Both the position numbers and the translations under genes were made by a program. A stretch of 16,902 nucleotides of DNA from Candidatus Altimarinota bacterium (GTDB lineage: Bacteria; Patescibacteriota; Gracilibacteria; UBA1369), in contig JBAZYK010000016.1 of NCBI GenBank assembly GCA_041659405.1, positions 1 to 16,902 of the forward strand, in the 5' to 3' direction. Below are positions 1 to 8,272 of this stretch, one piece after another. Below the pieces are notes generated by a model that saw only the letters and a program-made list of their open reading frames with translations, had not been told where the DNA came from and made no database searches. Each line of letters opens with the position of its first letter. The stretch's first letter is position 1.

Positions 1-2
1 TG

Positions 3-47
3 GAGGGAATGGTGATGATTTAGTCATCTTTCATCATCCCTCTTTTT
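3..47 (+). terminator. Probable Rho-independent terminator of a gene outside the window
   Basis: Imperfect inverted repeat GAGGGAATGGTGATGA...TCATCATCCCTC followed directly by TTTTTG. Confidence 0.55.
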
Positions 48-135
48 GTTGTGGCTTAAAACCTGTTTTTTCTCTTTCCCTCAATATCAAATCCGTCTCG
101 CACTCTCGAAATCTTGGAAAGGGGTGAGATTTTTC

Positions 136-164
136 TTGACACCTACCGCTATTTGGCGTACAAT
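136..164 (+). promoter_or_regulatory. Sigma70-like promoter driving the 171-791 non-coding region
   Basis: TTGACA (136-141), 17-nt spacer, TACAAT (159-164). Confidence 0.8.
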
Positions 165-170
165 TATATG

Positions 171-791
171 AAAGGTTGATTAGTTCTTTGAAAACCAGCA
201 AAAGATTTTAGGAAGAGTTGAGAAACCAAATTAGTTGGCTTTTCAGCCCTTCCTAAAACGTTCCTCCTCATGAATAATGGGTAGGTTCCATAGGAAAACC
301 TTATATTAAAGCAAAGCTTCGTGCTTTCTCGCTTTGGTGGTTTCGAAAGAGATTATCAAGGACGCTTGTAAGGGATTCGCTCCTTTTTTATTTCATTCTC
401 GAGTAGTCTTGAAGGATGATTAAAAAAGAATTGAATTTTGATTGGTCGGTTTTGTAAGGGTATCAACGATCCTTATTATCGCAAGGTTATAAGGAAGAAG
501 ATATTCTGTGATTGAACAAGAATGATGGCAACATTGTTCAAGTAAAGATCATTGATTATAGATACGTAAAAAGAAAGTCTTTTCTACGATTTATATTTAA
601 ACAATATTGATTATTCACGGGTCGCCATGACGCAAGTTGTGGTCGCCAGGGTAGAAATTCGATTATAAAGTCCGGTACAATTTAATCTTTTGTGCTAAAA
701 CTTTGTGGGCAGTCTTAAAAAATCTTATGGGACAGAGAAAGGTTTTAGTTGGGTACAAAAAGAGCCCCGCCTTGGCGGGGCTCTTTTTTTT
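171..791 (+). ncRNA. Candidate large structured non-coding RNA, family unknown
   Basis: Lies between a near-consensus promoter and a strong terminator, with no ORF in the track. Local stems include TTTTAGGAAG/CTTCCTAAAA (206-215/249-258), CCTTATTATC-GCAA-GGTTATAAGG (471-494), GAACAA/TTGTTC (514-519/534-539), CCATGAC-GCAA-GTTGTGG (625-642) and AAAACTTT/AAGGTTTT (697-704/739-746). Start coordinate is inferred from the -10 position. Confidence 0.6.
757..791 (+). terminator. Strong Rho-independent terminator
   Basis: AGAGCCCCGCC-TT-GGCGGGGCTCT followed by a T run. Confidence 0.93.
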
Positions 792-868
792 GTCGTGAAT
801 TTCCATTGATTTGCTAATAAAAACTCAAAGGACTACATTGAAGCATATCTCTTTAATAAACCTCATTT

Positions 869-1015
869 ATGCTTTGGACAATTTTCGTAATTCTTTTGGT
901 GTTATGGGTGCTTGGATTGGTGAGTTCCTATACACTGGGTGGATATATCCATATTCTGCTTATTATAGCTGTTGTGGTTTTTTTGATAAGAGTAATTCAG
1001 GGACGCAAGCTTTAG
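869..1015 (+). CDS. Small lmo0937-family-like membrane protein, 48 aa, absent from the supplied ORF track
   Basis: ATG at 869, TAG at 1013-1015. Translation MLWTIFVILLVLWVLGLVSSYTLGGYIHILLIIAVVVFLIRVIQGRKL: two hydrophobic segments, with the LGLVSSYTLGGxIHILLxIAxVVxLIRxIQGR pattern typical of this family. Confidence 0.88.
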   Translation: MLWTIFVILLVLWVLGLVSSYTLGGYIHILLIIAVVVFLIRVIQGRKL

Positions 1016-1102
1016 CTTTGATCTGAAAGCGCTGAAACGCGCGCTTGATTTAATTTACATTATGTGTTAAAATAACATGATGTATTTTATAAATCATTCA
1101 AA

Positions 1103-2200
1103 ATGAAAACAAAAAACAAAAACCTTTATTATATCCTTGGTGGAGTCGTGGTACTTGGCGTTGTTGCCCTGGTGGCAATGCAATTAAGGGGTTCATCATC
1201 ATTACAGGGAAATTTTGGGGGAGTTCTTCCAGGAGGTAAGCCACCCAGATCTACCGTGGGCACGGCAAAACCTAATACTTTAACGCCTAATCCGGTAGCA
1301 ACAAATTCGTCACCAAATGTTGTTGCAGATTTAAGAAAGCCACCTGTGGTTAATATTATAACTAATCCTTTACCTAGTGGACAGGCTCAACTTGGCGATA
1401 AATTTACGGTTGCTACTCTTATTTATCAAGGCGATTTGGCTTTAGATCATGTGGAAGTTTATGTTAATGAAAAAATGGTTAGTACACAAAAAATAAACCC
1501 TGTTAATCAACTTACTTATACCTATAACGTGGATCTGACCGCTCTAGTTGATGGTACATATTCGCTACGGGTTATAGCATATGACAATGTAGGGCATCAT
1601 GCCGAAAAGAAAATTGCATTTACTGTGAAACATCCTGTCAAAAAAGAACTGCCTCCTCATTTAACGGTAGCCATACCTAATATGGTGGCTCCTAAAGTTA
1701 AGGGACCCGGAGTCATTGGGAGCATTGATGTTGATGCTAATAAAGAATTAGTTTTCCGGGTAAATTTGGATGTTGTTGGGATAGACACTGTTAAATATTA
1801 TGTGGATTATGATGCTGTTAAAAATCCTGATCCTATCAATACGGTAACTTCTCCTCCAAATCCAGACTTTAATTGGGTATCACCTGTCTATGCATGGGCC
1901 AATCATGATGGAATCAAGACTTGGCACATTTATCCTAACGCTTTTAATCCTAATCCTCTTAAGGCTAAGTTTCCTCCTGAACAGCCAACACCTTTGGAGT
2001 GTTTTCCTGATCCTCATGCGGCTTCCTGTCCTCACACAATTAAGATTGAAGGCTTATCGAAAGGTAATGTATTGTTTGCCAAAGAGATAATTATTAATGT
2101 ATGGGGTCCTCAAGTGTGGGGTGAAATGACACAGGGGGCAATTTATATTGATGTGCAAAGCATAAAGGATGTGCAGCAAGTGGCTGAAGGTACTTTATAG
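1103..2200 (+). CDS. Membrane-anchored/extracellular protein with Ig-like domain
   Basis: 365-aa ORF. N-terminal positively charged stretch plus one TM helix (YYILGGVVVLGVVALVAM), Pro/Thr/Asn-rich linker, then a beta-rich domain with YVNEKMVST...VDGTYSLRVIAYDNVGHHAEKKIAFTV typical of Big/Ig-like repeats. Confidence 0.75.
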   Translation: MKTKNKNLYYILGGVVVLGVVALVAMQLRGSSSLQGNFGGVLPGGKPPRSTVGTAKPNTLTPNPVATNSSPNVVADLRKPPVVNIITNPLPSGQAQLGDKFTVATLIYQGDLALDHVEVYVNEKMVSTQKINPVNQLTYTYNVDLTALVDGTYSLRVIAYDNVGHHAEKKIAFTVKHPVKKELPPHLTVAIPNMVAPKVKGPGVIGSIDVDANKELVFRVNLDVVGIDTVKYYVDYDAVKNPDPINTVTSPPNPDFNWVSPVYAWANHDGIKTWHIYPNAFNPNPLKAKFPPEQPTPLECFPDPHAASCPHTIKIEGLSKGNVLFAKEIIINVWGPQVWGEMTQGAIYIDVQSIKDVQQVAEGTL

Positions 2201-2228
2201 GCGCTTATATATTGTTATTTATGAATAC

Positions 2229-2266
2229 AAAAAGCCCCCAAAAGAGGATCTTGAGGGGGGCTTTTT
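2229..2266. terminator. Bidirectional Rho-independent terminator between convergent genes
   Basis: AAAAAGCCCCC (2229-2239) pairs with GGGGGCTTTTT (2256-2266). It has a U-tract potential on both strands and sits between convergent genes. Confidence 0.88.
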
Positions 2267-2271
2267 GTTGC

Positions 2272-4131
2272 TTATTTTTTCTTTTGGGTGTCGCTAAGAG
2301 GTAGCAGCATAAAGAAAGTCGTGCCTTTGTTTTCCGTTGATTCAAACCAAATTCTGCCGCCGGTGTGTTCCATGATTGATTTGACTATGTAGAGGCCCAG
2401 GCCCGTTCCTTCTTTATCTTGCTTTTTGGCGTTATCTGCGCGGAATAATTTGGTGAAGATCTGCTTTTGTTGTGCTTTGGGGATCCCGCAGCCGTAATCG
2501 GCAACCGATATAAAAATTGAGTCAGTGGTGTTTTTTTCACCATTCATAACTTTACCTTTTTTAGATAGCTTGATTTTGACTTCCACTTTGCCTTTTTCCG
2601 GTGTGTATTTTATGGCATTGGAAATAAGATTTTGAAAAATCATGCCGGCAAATTTTTGGTCAATATTCACTTTTGGCAGATTTGGAGCGTATTTTTCTTT
2701 GAGCACGATTTTCTTCTTTTTAATTAGCGGCTGCATTTCCTTAACAATTGTTTTAGAAATATTGCTGATATTTGTGGATTTCTGCTGTATCGTGAATGTT
2801 CCAAGCTCTAAACGTGAAACATTTAAAAGTGAGCTTATCAGCTCTACCATGCGCTGACTGCTATGATAAATCTGTTCCAGATATTTTTTTTGTTTCTGAT
2901 TTAACTTGCCGGCGTCACTCGCCAAAAGTAGCTCGGAATACCAGTTAATAACGGTAAGTGGACTTTTGAGTTGATGTGAAGTAAATGAGATAAATTCTGA
3001 TTTAACCTGATCAATTTCCTCCAAGTTGGTAATATCTATTTCACTCACAATAAAGCCTGTCAATTTGCCGTTGGCTTCAATAATTGGAGCGATTGATAAT
3101 TGGGCGATATATTGTTCCCCGTTTTTCTTCCTGTTGGTTATTTTGCTTGCAAATGGCTTTCTTTTGGTCTTGATTGTCTGCCACAATTTTTCATAAAACG
3201 ATTGGTTCATCAGGCCTCCCCAAAGACGGGGTGTATTTCCCAAAATTTCCTGAATGCTATAGCCGGTGATGCGCGCGCAAGCCTGGTTGGCATATAAGAT
3301 GCGGCCGTTGATGTCGGTAATAACCGTATGAATAAGCGAATCATCAGCGGCGAGTTTGTAGATGTTTGTTTCTTTGGGTTGATTATTTTCCAGCTCCAGT
3401 GAGTCGAGCATTTTTTCGGACGCAAACTCGGGATAATTTTCCTCGAACATCATCCGGTTTTTTGGTATGCCAATTGCTGAAACCACTGAGGATATTTTGT
3501 TGATCATGCCTGCTGGCCCGGTGAAATACCAGAAAGAATTTTTGTCGATTTTTACATTTTTTTTAATGAAATTCTCATCAAGTGGTCCGATGTTTATGGA
3601 GATTTTTAGAAATTTGTGATTTTTAACTTTTTTCTGCAGTTTCAATACTTCCGGAATAAGGTGATTTTTTGCAGATTCGCTATAAATTAAATGAATTTTT
3701 GGAGCGTTTTTGATATTTAAACTATTGCGGATAACGCTTAAAAATGGTGCCACTCCAACGCCTCCAGTCACAAAAATGTGGTTTTTTGCTTTTGGCAGCA
3801 ATGGGGCGATAAAAAAGCCAAATGGGCCGATAATTTCGACTGAAGATTTTAAAGGCATTTTAAGTAATGTTTTTTTAAAGCCGCTTTTTTCACCTCTGAA
3901 AATGATAACGATTGTGTCTTCTTTAGGGCTTGAAGCTATGGAAAAAGCTCTTCTGTTGCCCCGCGGATCGGGGTAAAGCAAATTATCAAGTTTTAACCAG
4001 ATATATTGTCCGGCCTGAAATGAAAATTGGCCTTCGGTTATTTTCAGCTCTATTCTAAAAGTATTCTCTGCAACGCGATCACGCTGCAAAATTCGGGCTT
4101 GAAAAGTTTTTTTATTTGTTGCATATGACAT
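2272..4131 (-). CDS. Ferredoxin-NADP-reductase-like (FAD/NAD) domain fused to PAS domain and sensor histidine kinase
   Basis: 619 aa. RAFSIASSP (FAD-binding RxxS motif), VTGGVGVAPFLSVIR and FTGPAGM (NAD(P)-binding motifs), then a PAS region (VITDINGRILYANQACARITGYSIQEILG), H-box SHQLKSPLT, N-box NLISNAIKY, G1 DYGCGIP, G2 GTGLGLYIVKSI. Confidence 0.93.
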   Translation of the reverse strand: MSYATNKKTFQARILQRDRVAENTFRIELKITEGQFSFQAGQYIWLKLDNLLYPDPRGNRRAFSIASSPKEDTIVIIFRGEKSGFKKTLLKMPLKSSVEIIGPFGFFIAPLLPKAKNHIFVTGGVGVAPFLSVIRNSLNIKNAPKIHLIYSESAKNHLIPEVLKLQKKVKNHKFLKISINIGPLDENFIKKNVKIDKNSFWYFTGPAGMINKISSVVSAIGIPKNRMMFEENYPEFASEKMLDSLELENNQPKETNIYKLAADDSLIHTVITDINGRILYANQACARITGYSIQEILGNTPRLWGGLMNQSFYEKLWQTIKTKRKPFASKITNRKKNGEQYIAQLSIAPIIEANGKLTGFIVSEIDITNLEEIDQVKSEFISFTSHQLKSPLTVINWYSELLLASDAGKLNQKQKKYLEQIYHSSQRMVELISSLLNVSRLELGTFTIQQKSTNISNISKTIVKEMQPLIKKKKIVLKEKYAPNLPKVNIDQKFAGMIFQNLISNAIKYTPEKGKVEVKIKLSKKGKVMNGEKNTTDSIFISVADYGCGIPKAQQKQIFTKLFRADNAKKQDKEGTGLGLYIVKSIMEHTGGRIWFESTENKGTTFFMLLPLSDTQKKK

Positions 4132-4214
4132 TAACCGGTTAGGCTTCTGCTCGATAATGCTGAAAAGATTGTAGCAAAGTATCTTTGAATCTACAATAAA
4201 TGGTGAGCGGTGGT

Positions 4215-5514
4215 TTATTTTTCATACAGAAATTGGCCGATTTTGACGTGGCCGGCTTTGATGGCTCCTGCGTATAGCATAAAATAAAATTCCCATTTTC
4301 TGTATTCTTTGTCGGATATTTGGACTTTGCCGGCTTTTTTTTGATTGGTTTAAGCGGTTTTTCCAGGCGTGTAACGTTGGAGGATAATGTGCTGAAAGGT
4401 CTTCAAACCCAGCATAATTTGGATCATCGGTTGGTTTGAAATGTTCCAAGATTGCAGATTCGATTTCTTGGCGTGGCGCCAATTCTCCATTTGGGAAAAT
4501 ATGTTTATTGACCCAGGGATTTTGGGCTACTTCGTTGTGAGGAGTGTAAAGTGAATGAACCAAAACGCGACCGCCTTTTTTTAAATTTGCATGTAAAATG
4601 CGCATAAATTCTTGATAGTTTTTATGTCCAACATGTTCCAGCACGCCAACTGCACTTATGGCATCAAAGCTTTTTTTAAAGCTGGCGGGCATATCTCTGT
4701 AATCTCCTTCAAATACTTCCACTTTTCCACCGTGTTTTTGTCTGATGTGTTCCGCCTGCTTGGAAGACAATGTAACGACAGTTGGTTTTGCACCGTATTC
4801 ATCTGCCATAAATCGCGCTAATCCGCCCCATCCGCCGCCTACATCTAAAACTTTATATCCGGGTTTTAGGTGAAGTTTTTTGCAAATGTTATGCATTTTG
4901 ATTATTTGAGCTTCATCAAGATTGTTCGTTTCTTCAAAACGCGCGCAGGTATATTGAAAATTCGGATCTAAAAATGCCTCATAAAATGCAGTAGGCAAGT
5001 CATAGTGTTCTTTAATAACTTTTTTGGAGCCTTCTTTATCCTGCAAATTTGCTATTCGTCTTCTAACTCTGCCAACAATGTCGTAAACGGGGGCGAGTTT
5101 TTGATAAATGCCGGATTCCAGAATTTTTATGATAACTTCGTCGATTGCCGGACTGTCCCATTTTTCTTCAATATAAGAGTCCCCAAGGCCCATGGAGCCT
5201 CTTAACAAAACGTTGCGATAGAATGAAGGGTCGCGGATTATAATGTCGGGGGCGGGGGATTGGACGGACGCGTCAAGACTGTCGCTGGAGTCGGTGGATC
5301 GGCCAAAAACGTCGGCGGATTCAACGGAACTGTCGGCTGATTTGCCATTAGCCATCGTTATTCCCGCGTCAGCCAGCAAATATCTGAGAGCTTTTTCGGC
5401 ACTGCTGTTAAGAAATCCCGGGTTGGAGAGTGGGGTTGGAGGTGTTTCGTGTGTTTCTGATGGTTTCATTGAATGAATAAGTTTCTCCAGTGGCTTCATA
5501 ATGAGCCAGTTCAT
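4215..5514 (-). CDS. cfa: Cyclopropane-fatty-acyl-phospholipid synthase/mycolic-acid-type SAM methyltransferase, with an apparent frameshift near 4335-4342
   Basis: EHYDLPTAFYEAFLDPNFQYTCA, VLDVGGGWGGLARFMA and AVGVLEHVGHKNY motifs. The track ORF ends at 4222 with a non-Cfa-like tail. Skipping one nt in the A8 tract gives ...KAGKVQISDKEYRKWEFYFMLYAGAIKAGHVKIGQFLYEK* ending at 4215, which resembles the expected Cfa C-terminus. Confidence 0.88.
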
Positions 5515-5605
5515 TTAAGATAAATTCTTCTTCTTTCTTCTGTTCCTGGAATGAAATTGTTGAACGTGGTGCTGACATTTGATAAATTCAAGTGGTTACG
5601 AAATC

Positions 5606-5635
5606 GTTGTATCGTAACTATTGGGTATTGGTCAA
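5606..5635 (-). promoter_or_regulatory. Possible sigma70-like promoter upstream of cfa
   Basis: On the minus strand: TTGACC, 18-nt spacer, TACAAC. Confidence 0.45.
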
Positions 5636-5746
5636 GATTTTAGTCTTTCGCTGCTTGTTTTTCCCGCCAGGGGAAGTATGATTAGGGAAAATCGATGTAG
5701 TGTATTATGCGAATGTTTTTTATCCTTTATATTTTATTCTAAAACT

Positions 5747-6205
5747 ATGGCGAAAAAAATTATCTTATTTATAATTTTATATTTTATCTATGTTCCGTTG
5801 CTCATGTTTTTGGGCGGACCATTGCTTGTTGGCATAACATCAAATTGGTTGATCATCTTCCCAATCTTTATTGTATTAATGGTAGTTCCTTTCATCGTGT
5901 TTTTTGCCACTTATAATCGTCCTTCAAAAAAACAAAGACAATTATTGCTTAATGGGAAGGACGCTCAGGCGGTCGTCACAAAAGTGGAGGATACCGGTGT
6001 CACCGTTAATGGCATTTATTTTAATTTGCGACTTTCTCTTCAGATTAAACCTAAAGATGGTCAATCGTTTGAAGCGAAAACTGAATCTTTATTTTCCAGA
6101 GTTAACCTGCCTCGTCCGGGGGACGTGTTTGCTGTGAAATATGATCCAAATGATAAAAGTGAGGTAATGCTGCATAATGCGGCTACGGTGCAGAAAGCTG
6201 CGTAA
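5747..6205 (+). CDS. DUF3592-like small membrane protein
   Basis: The track ORF begins at 5621, but MAKKIILFIILYFIYVPLL at 5747 is the more natural start. Two hydrophobic segments, then VEDTGVTVNGIYFNLRLSLQIKPKDGQSFEAKTESLF...GDVFAVKYDPND. Confidence 0.68.
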   Translation: MAKKIILFIILYFIYVPLLMFLGGPLLVGITSNWLIIFPIFIVLMVVPFIVFFATYNRPSKKQRQLLLNGKDAQAVVTKVEDTGVTVNGIYFNLRLSLQIKPKDGQSFEAKTESLFSRVNLPRPGDVFAVKYDPNDKSEVMLHNAATVQKAA

Positions 6206-6303
6206 TGGCTGCATTTTAGATATTTAAGAATTTTTTTAAGATTATTTAATGTTTGTGTGGTAATGATGAATAATCAAATGACTTATTTTTAATTTCTTGA
6301 ATT

Positions 6304-7140
6304 ATGAAAAAAGAACTTATCCAATCGCTTACGGAAAATTTTGAATCTCACGCTCATCAAACCGAGCAGGGCGTGGAGTTTTGGTTTGCAAGGGACTTAC
6401 AGCAATTACTTGGATATGAAAAATGGGATAATTTTTTGAATGTTATCTCTAAAGCAAAGACGGCATGTGAAATATCAAAGCACAATATTTCTGACCATTT
6501 TGCCGACGTCGGGAAAAAGGTTTCTATTGGTTCTGGAGCCGAAACTGACGTGCTTGACATTATGCTTACCAGATATGCCTGCTATCTCATCGCTCAAAAT
6601 GGTGATCCAAGGAAAGAGCAAATTGCTTTTGCTCAAAACTATTTTGCCGTTCAGACTAGAAAGCTTGAGGTGATTGAGCAGAGGATAAAGGACTACGAAA
6701 GATTGTCGGCCAGACAAAAGCTGACTTTTTCCGAGAAAGAACTTTCGGAGCTTATTTTTGAAAAGACCGGTGATGACAAAAATTTTGCCATTATCAGAAG
6801 TAAGGGAGATGCTGCTTTGTTTGGAGGATATAATACGAGTGCAATGAAGAAAAAACTTGGAGTTTCCAGGTCTAAGCCTTTGGCAGATTTTCTTCCAACA
6901 ATTACTATTAAAGCAAAAGATTTTGCGGCGGAAATAACTGTTTTTAATGCGAAAGATAAAGACCTGCAGACAGAAAAGCAAATTTCAAACGAGCATATTA
7001 AAAATAACCGGAGCGTTAGGGGCGTTTTGCTTGAACGTGGTATTAAACCCGAAGAATTGCCTCCGGACGAGGATGTAAAAAAGCTGGAAAGACGTTTAAA
7101 GAGCGATGATAAGAAAAGTTTAAAAAAGCCTCTAAAATAA
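6304..7140 (+). CDS. dinD: DNA damage-inducible protein D-like (DinD family)
   Basis: 278 aa. WFARDLQQLLGYEKWDNFLNVISKAKTACE...HNISDHFADV...RYACYLIAQNGDPRKEQIAFAQNYFAVQTRK matches the hallmark DinD architecture. Confidence 0.9.
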   Translation: MKKELIQSLTENFESHAHQTEQGVEFWFARDLQQLLGYEKWDNFLNVISKAKTACEISKHNISDHFADVGKKVSIGSGAETDVLDIMLTRYACYLIAQNGDPRKEQIAFAQNYFAVQTRKLEVIEQRIKDYERLSARQKLTFSEKELSELIFEKTGDDKNFAIIRSKGDAALFGGYNTSAMKKKLGVSRSKPLADFLPTITIKAKDFAAEITVFNAKDKDLQTEKQISNEHIKNNRSVRGVLLERGIKPEELPPDEDVKKLERRLKSDDKKSLKKPLK

Positions 7141-7164
7141 AGGCTTTGATAGTTTTTTGGCTCC
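7122..7164. repeat. Copy 1 of a 43-bp imperfect direct repeat; second copy at 8230-8272
   Basis: aaaaaagcctctaaaataaaggctttgatagttttttggctcc versus aaaaaagcccttaaaataaaggctttaataattttatggctcc: 38/43 identical by manual alignment. Confidence 0.85.
7125..7157 (+). terminator. Possible terminator of dinD, overlapping its 3' end
   Basis: AAAGCCT (7125-7131)/AGGCTTT (7141-7147), followed by GATAGTTTTTT. Confidence 0.55.
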
Positions 7165-7326
7165 ACAGGGATTGATGCTGTTCTGGAATATATTAGGGCA
7201 GCGAAGTACTTAATGAATGTTAACTAAGTTCATGATATTCATCGAAGGCGGAACTTCTGGCTTGACTTATTGACCAATAAATTGTATCATAAGCTTCCTG
7301 TTTTTGTCCGGGATATCTAATTCTGA

Positions 7327-8139
7327 ATGTTCATGCGTGCATTAGTTAAACTACCCGAAGTCGCACAAAGGTTTTTTGAACCAGCTGATTGGAGGAATGA
7401 TCCATATTCGCTTCTTGATCCGGTGAGGGAAACTGATGCAAAAGTATTTGCGCTTCATAGAGAAACTGGAGAAAAAATTAGACGTACGATTAAAGGAGGC
7501 CCAAAAAAAGAATATATGCAAGCTAGAGGTCTTGGAGCTTATGAAGTTGCTTTTAACCTTAAAAAAGGTGCTCTATCAAATATTATTGATCTTTATAGAA
7601 ATAAAACAGGGTTGGCTGCGGTTTCTGTAATAGATGCTGGCTGCGGTGAAGGGCGTGCGACTGAGCAAATGTTTGTTCTTGATGCAGTTGATGAAAATGA
7701 AAGTATTGGTATAACAATTCATGAGCCAAATAGCAGTCGATCGAAAATTGCAGAAGTCAACATTGCTGAAATTAAGCCCAAAAAAGAAGGTGGTAATATG
7801 AAACGATTTGATTTATTTACCTGTTCGTATGGAGCACTGACTTATCATCCTATGAATCGCATTGTAAATGATTGCAATGATTTTGCTTTTGCTTTACTGC
7901 AAGCAATAAATTTTGTTAAGGATGGTGGATTGATTTTCTCCAAATCTTTTTCTTATATGAATATAAGTAGCTCTGATTTTATAAGTATGGGGATTTTGGA
8001 ATTAGCTCCTGAACATAACCAATTTACCTATTTTAATTATAATCCAGCTTGTGTATTAAGGGTAGTGCGTCGTCCTTCACCCAGAGAAATATTAAAACTG
8101 TTGAGAGTTGAAGATTCAAAAGAATATTCAATGTTTTGA
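7327..8139 (+). CDS. Putative SAM-dependent methyltransferase-like protein
   Basis: 270 aa. Glycine-rich motif I-like VSVIDAGCGEGRATEQM, plus later FDLFTCSYGALTYHP and LLQAINFVKDGGLIFSKSF, consistent with a Rossmann methyltransferase fold. Confidence 0.62.
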   Translation: MFMRALVKLPEVAQRFFEPADWRNDPYSLLDPVRETDAKVFALHRETGEKIRRTIKGGPKKEYMQARGLGAYEVAFNLKKGALSNIIDLYRNKTGLAAVSVIDAGCGEGRATEQMFVLDAVDENESIGITIHEPNSSRSKIAEVNIAEIKPKKEGGNMKRFDLFTCSYGALTYHPMNRIVNDCNDFAFALLQAINFVKDGGLIFSKSFSYMNISSSDFISMGILELAPEHNQFTYFNYNPACVLRVVRRPSPREILKLLRVEDSKEYSMF

Positions 8140-8229
8140 TCGGCTGATCTTTAGAGTTATATATTCGGCTCTTTCTTTGTAAGTTCTTTTATCTGGCATA
8201 CAAAAGAATAATTTTTTAAATTATATATC

Positions 8230-8272
8230 AAAAAAGCCCTTAAAATAAAGGCTTTAATAATTTTATGGCTCC
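8230..8272. repeat. Copy 2 of the 43-bp imperfect direct repeat: tRNA-Asn CCA end plus downstream terminator
   Basis: See 7122-7164. This copy spans the last nt of the tRNA and the adjacent hairpin. Confidence 0.85.
8231..8255 (-). terminator. Terminator downstream of tRNA-Asn on the minus strand
   Basis: On the minus strand: AAAGCC...GGGCTTTTTT immediately 3' of the tRNA CCA. Confidence 0.6.

Noticed and set aside
660-745. 'AAAGTCCGG' and 'ACAGAGAAAGG' as RNase P RNA P4 strands, or a group I S-element
   Set aside because: They are only about 65 nt apart, the conserved flanks (GAGGAAAGUCC, ACAGAA) are imperfect, and no partner for P7 was found.
811-1026. 71-aa ORF in the supplied track
   Set aside because: The overlapping 869-1015 frame encodes a recognisable lmo0937-like protein. 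The 811 frame has no sensible protein features.
4612-5476. Plus-strand ORFs of 66-77 aa inside cfa
   Set aside because: They overlap a strongly supported Cfa coding frame on the opposite strand and look like chance ORFs.
6475-7166. Antisense ORFs of 168 and 157 aa opposite dinD
   Set aside because: They are shadow frames of a well-supported DinD gene with no recognisable motifs.
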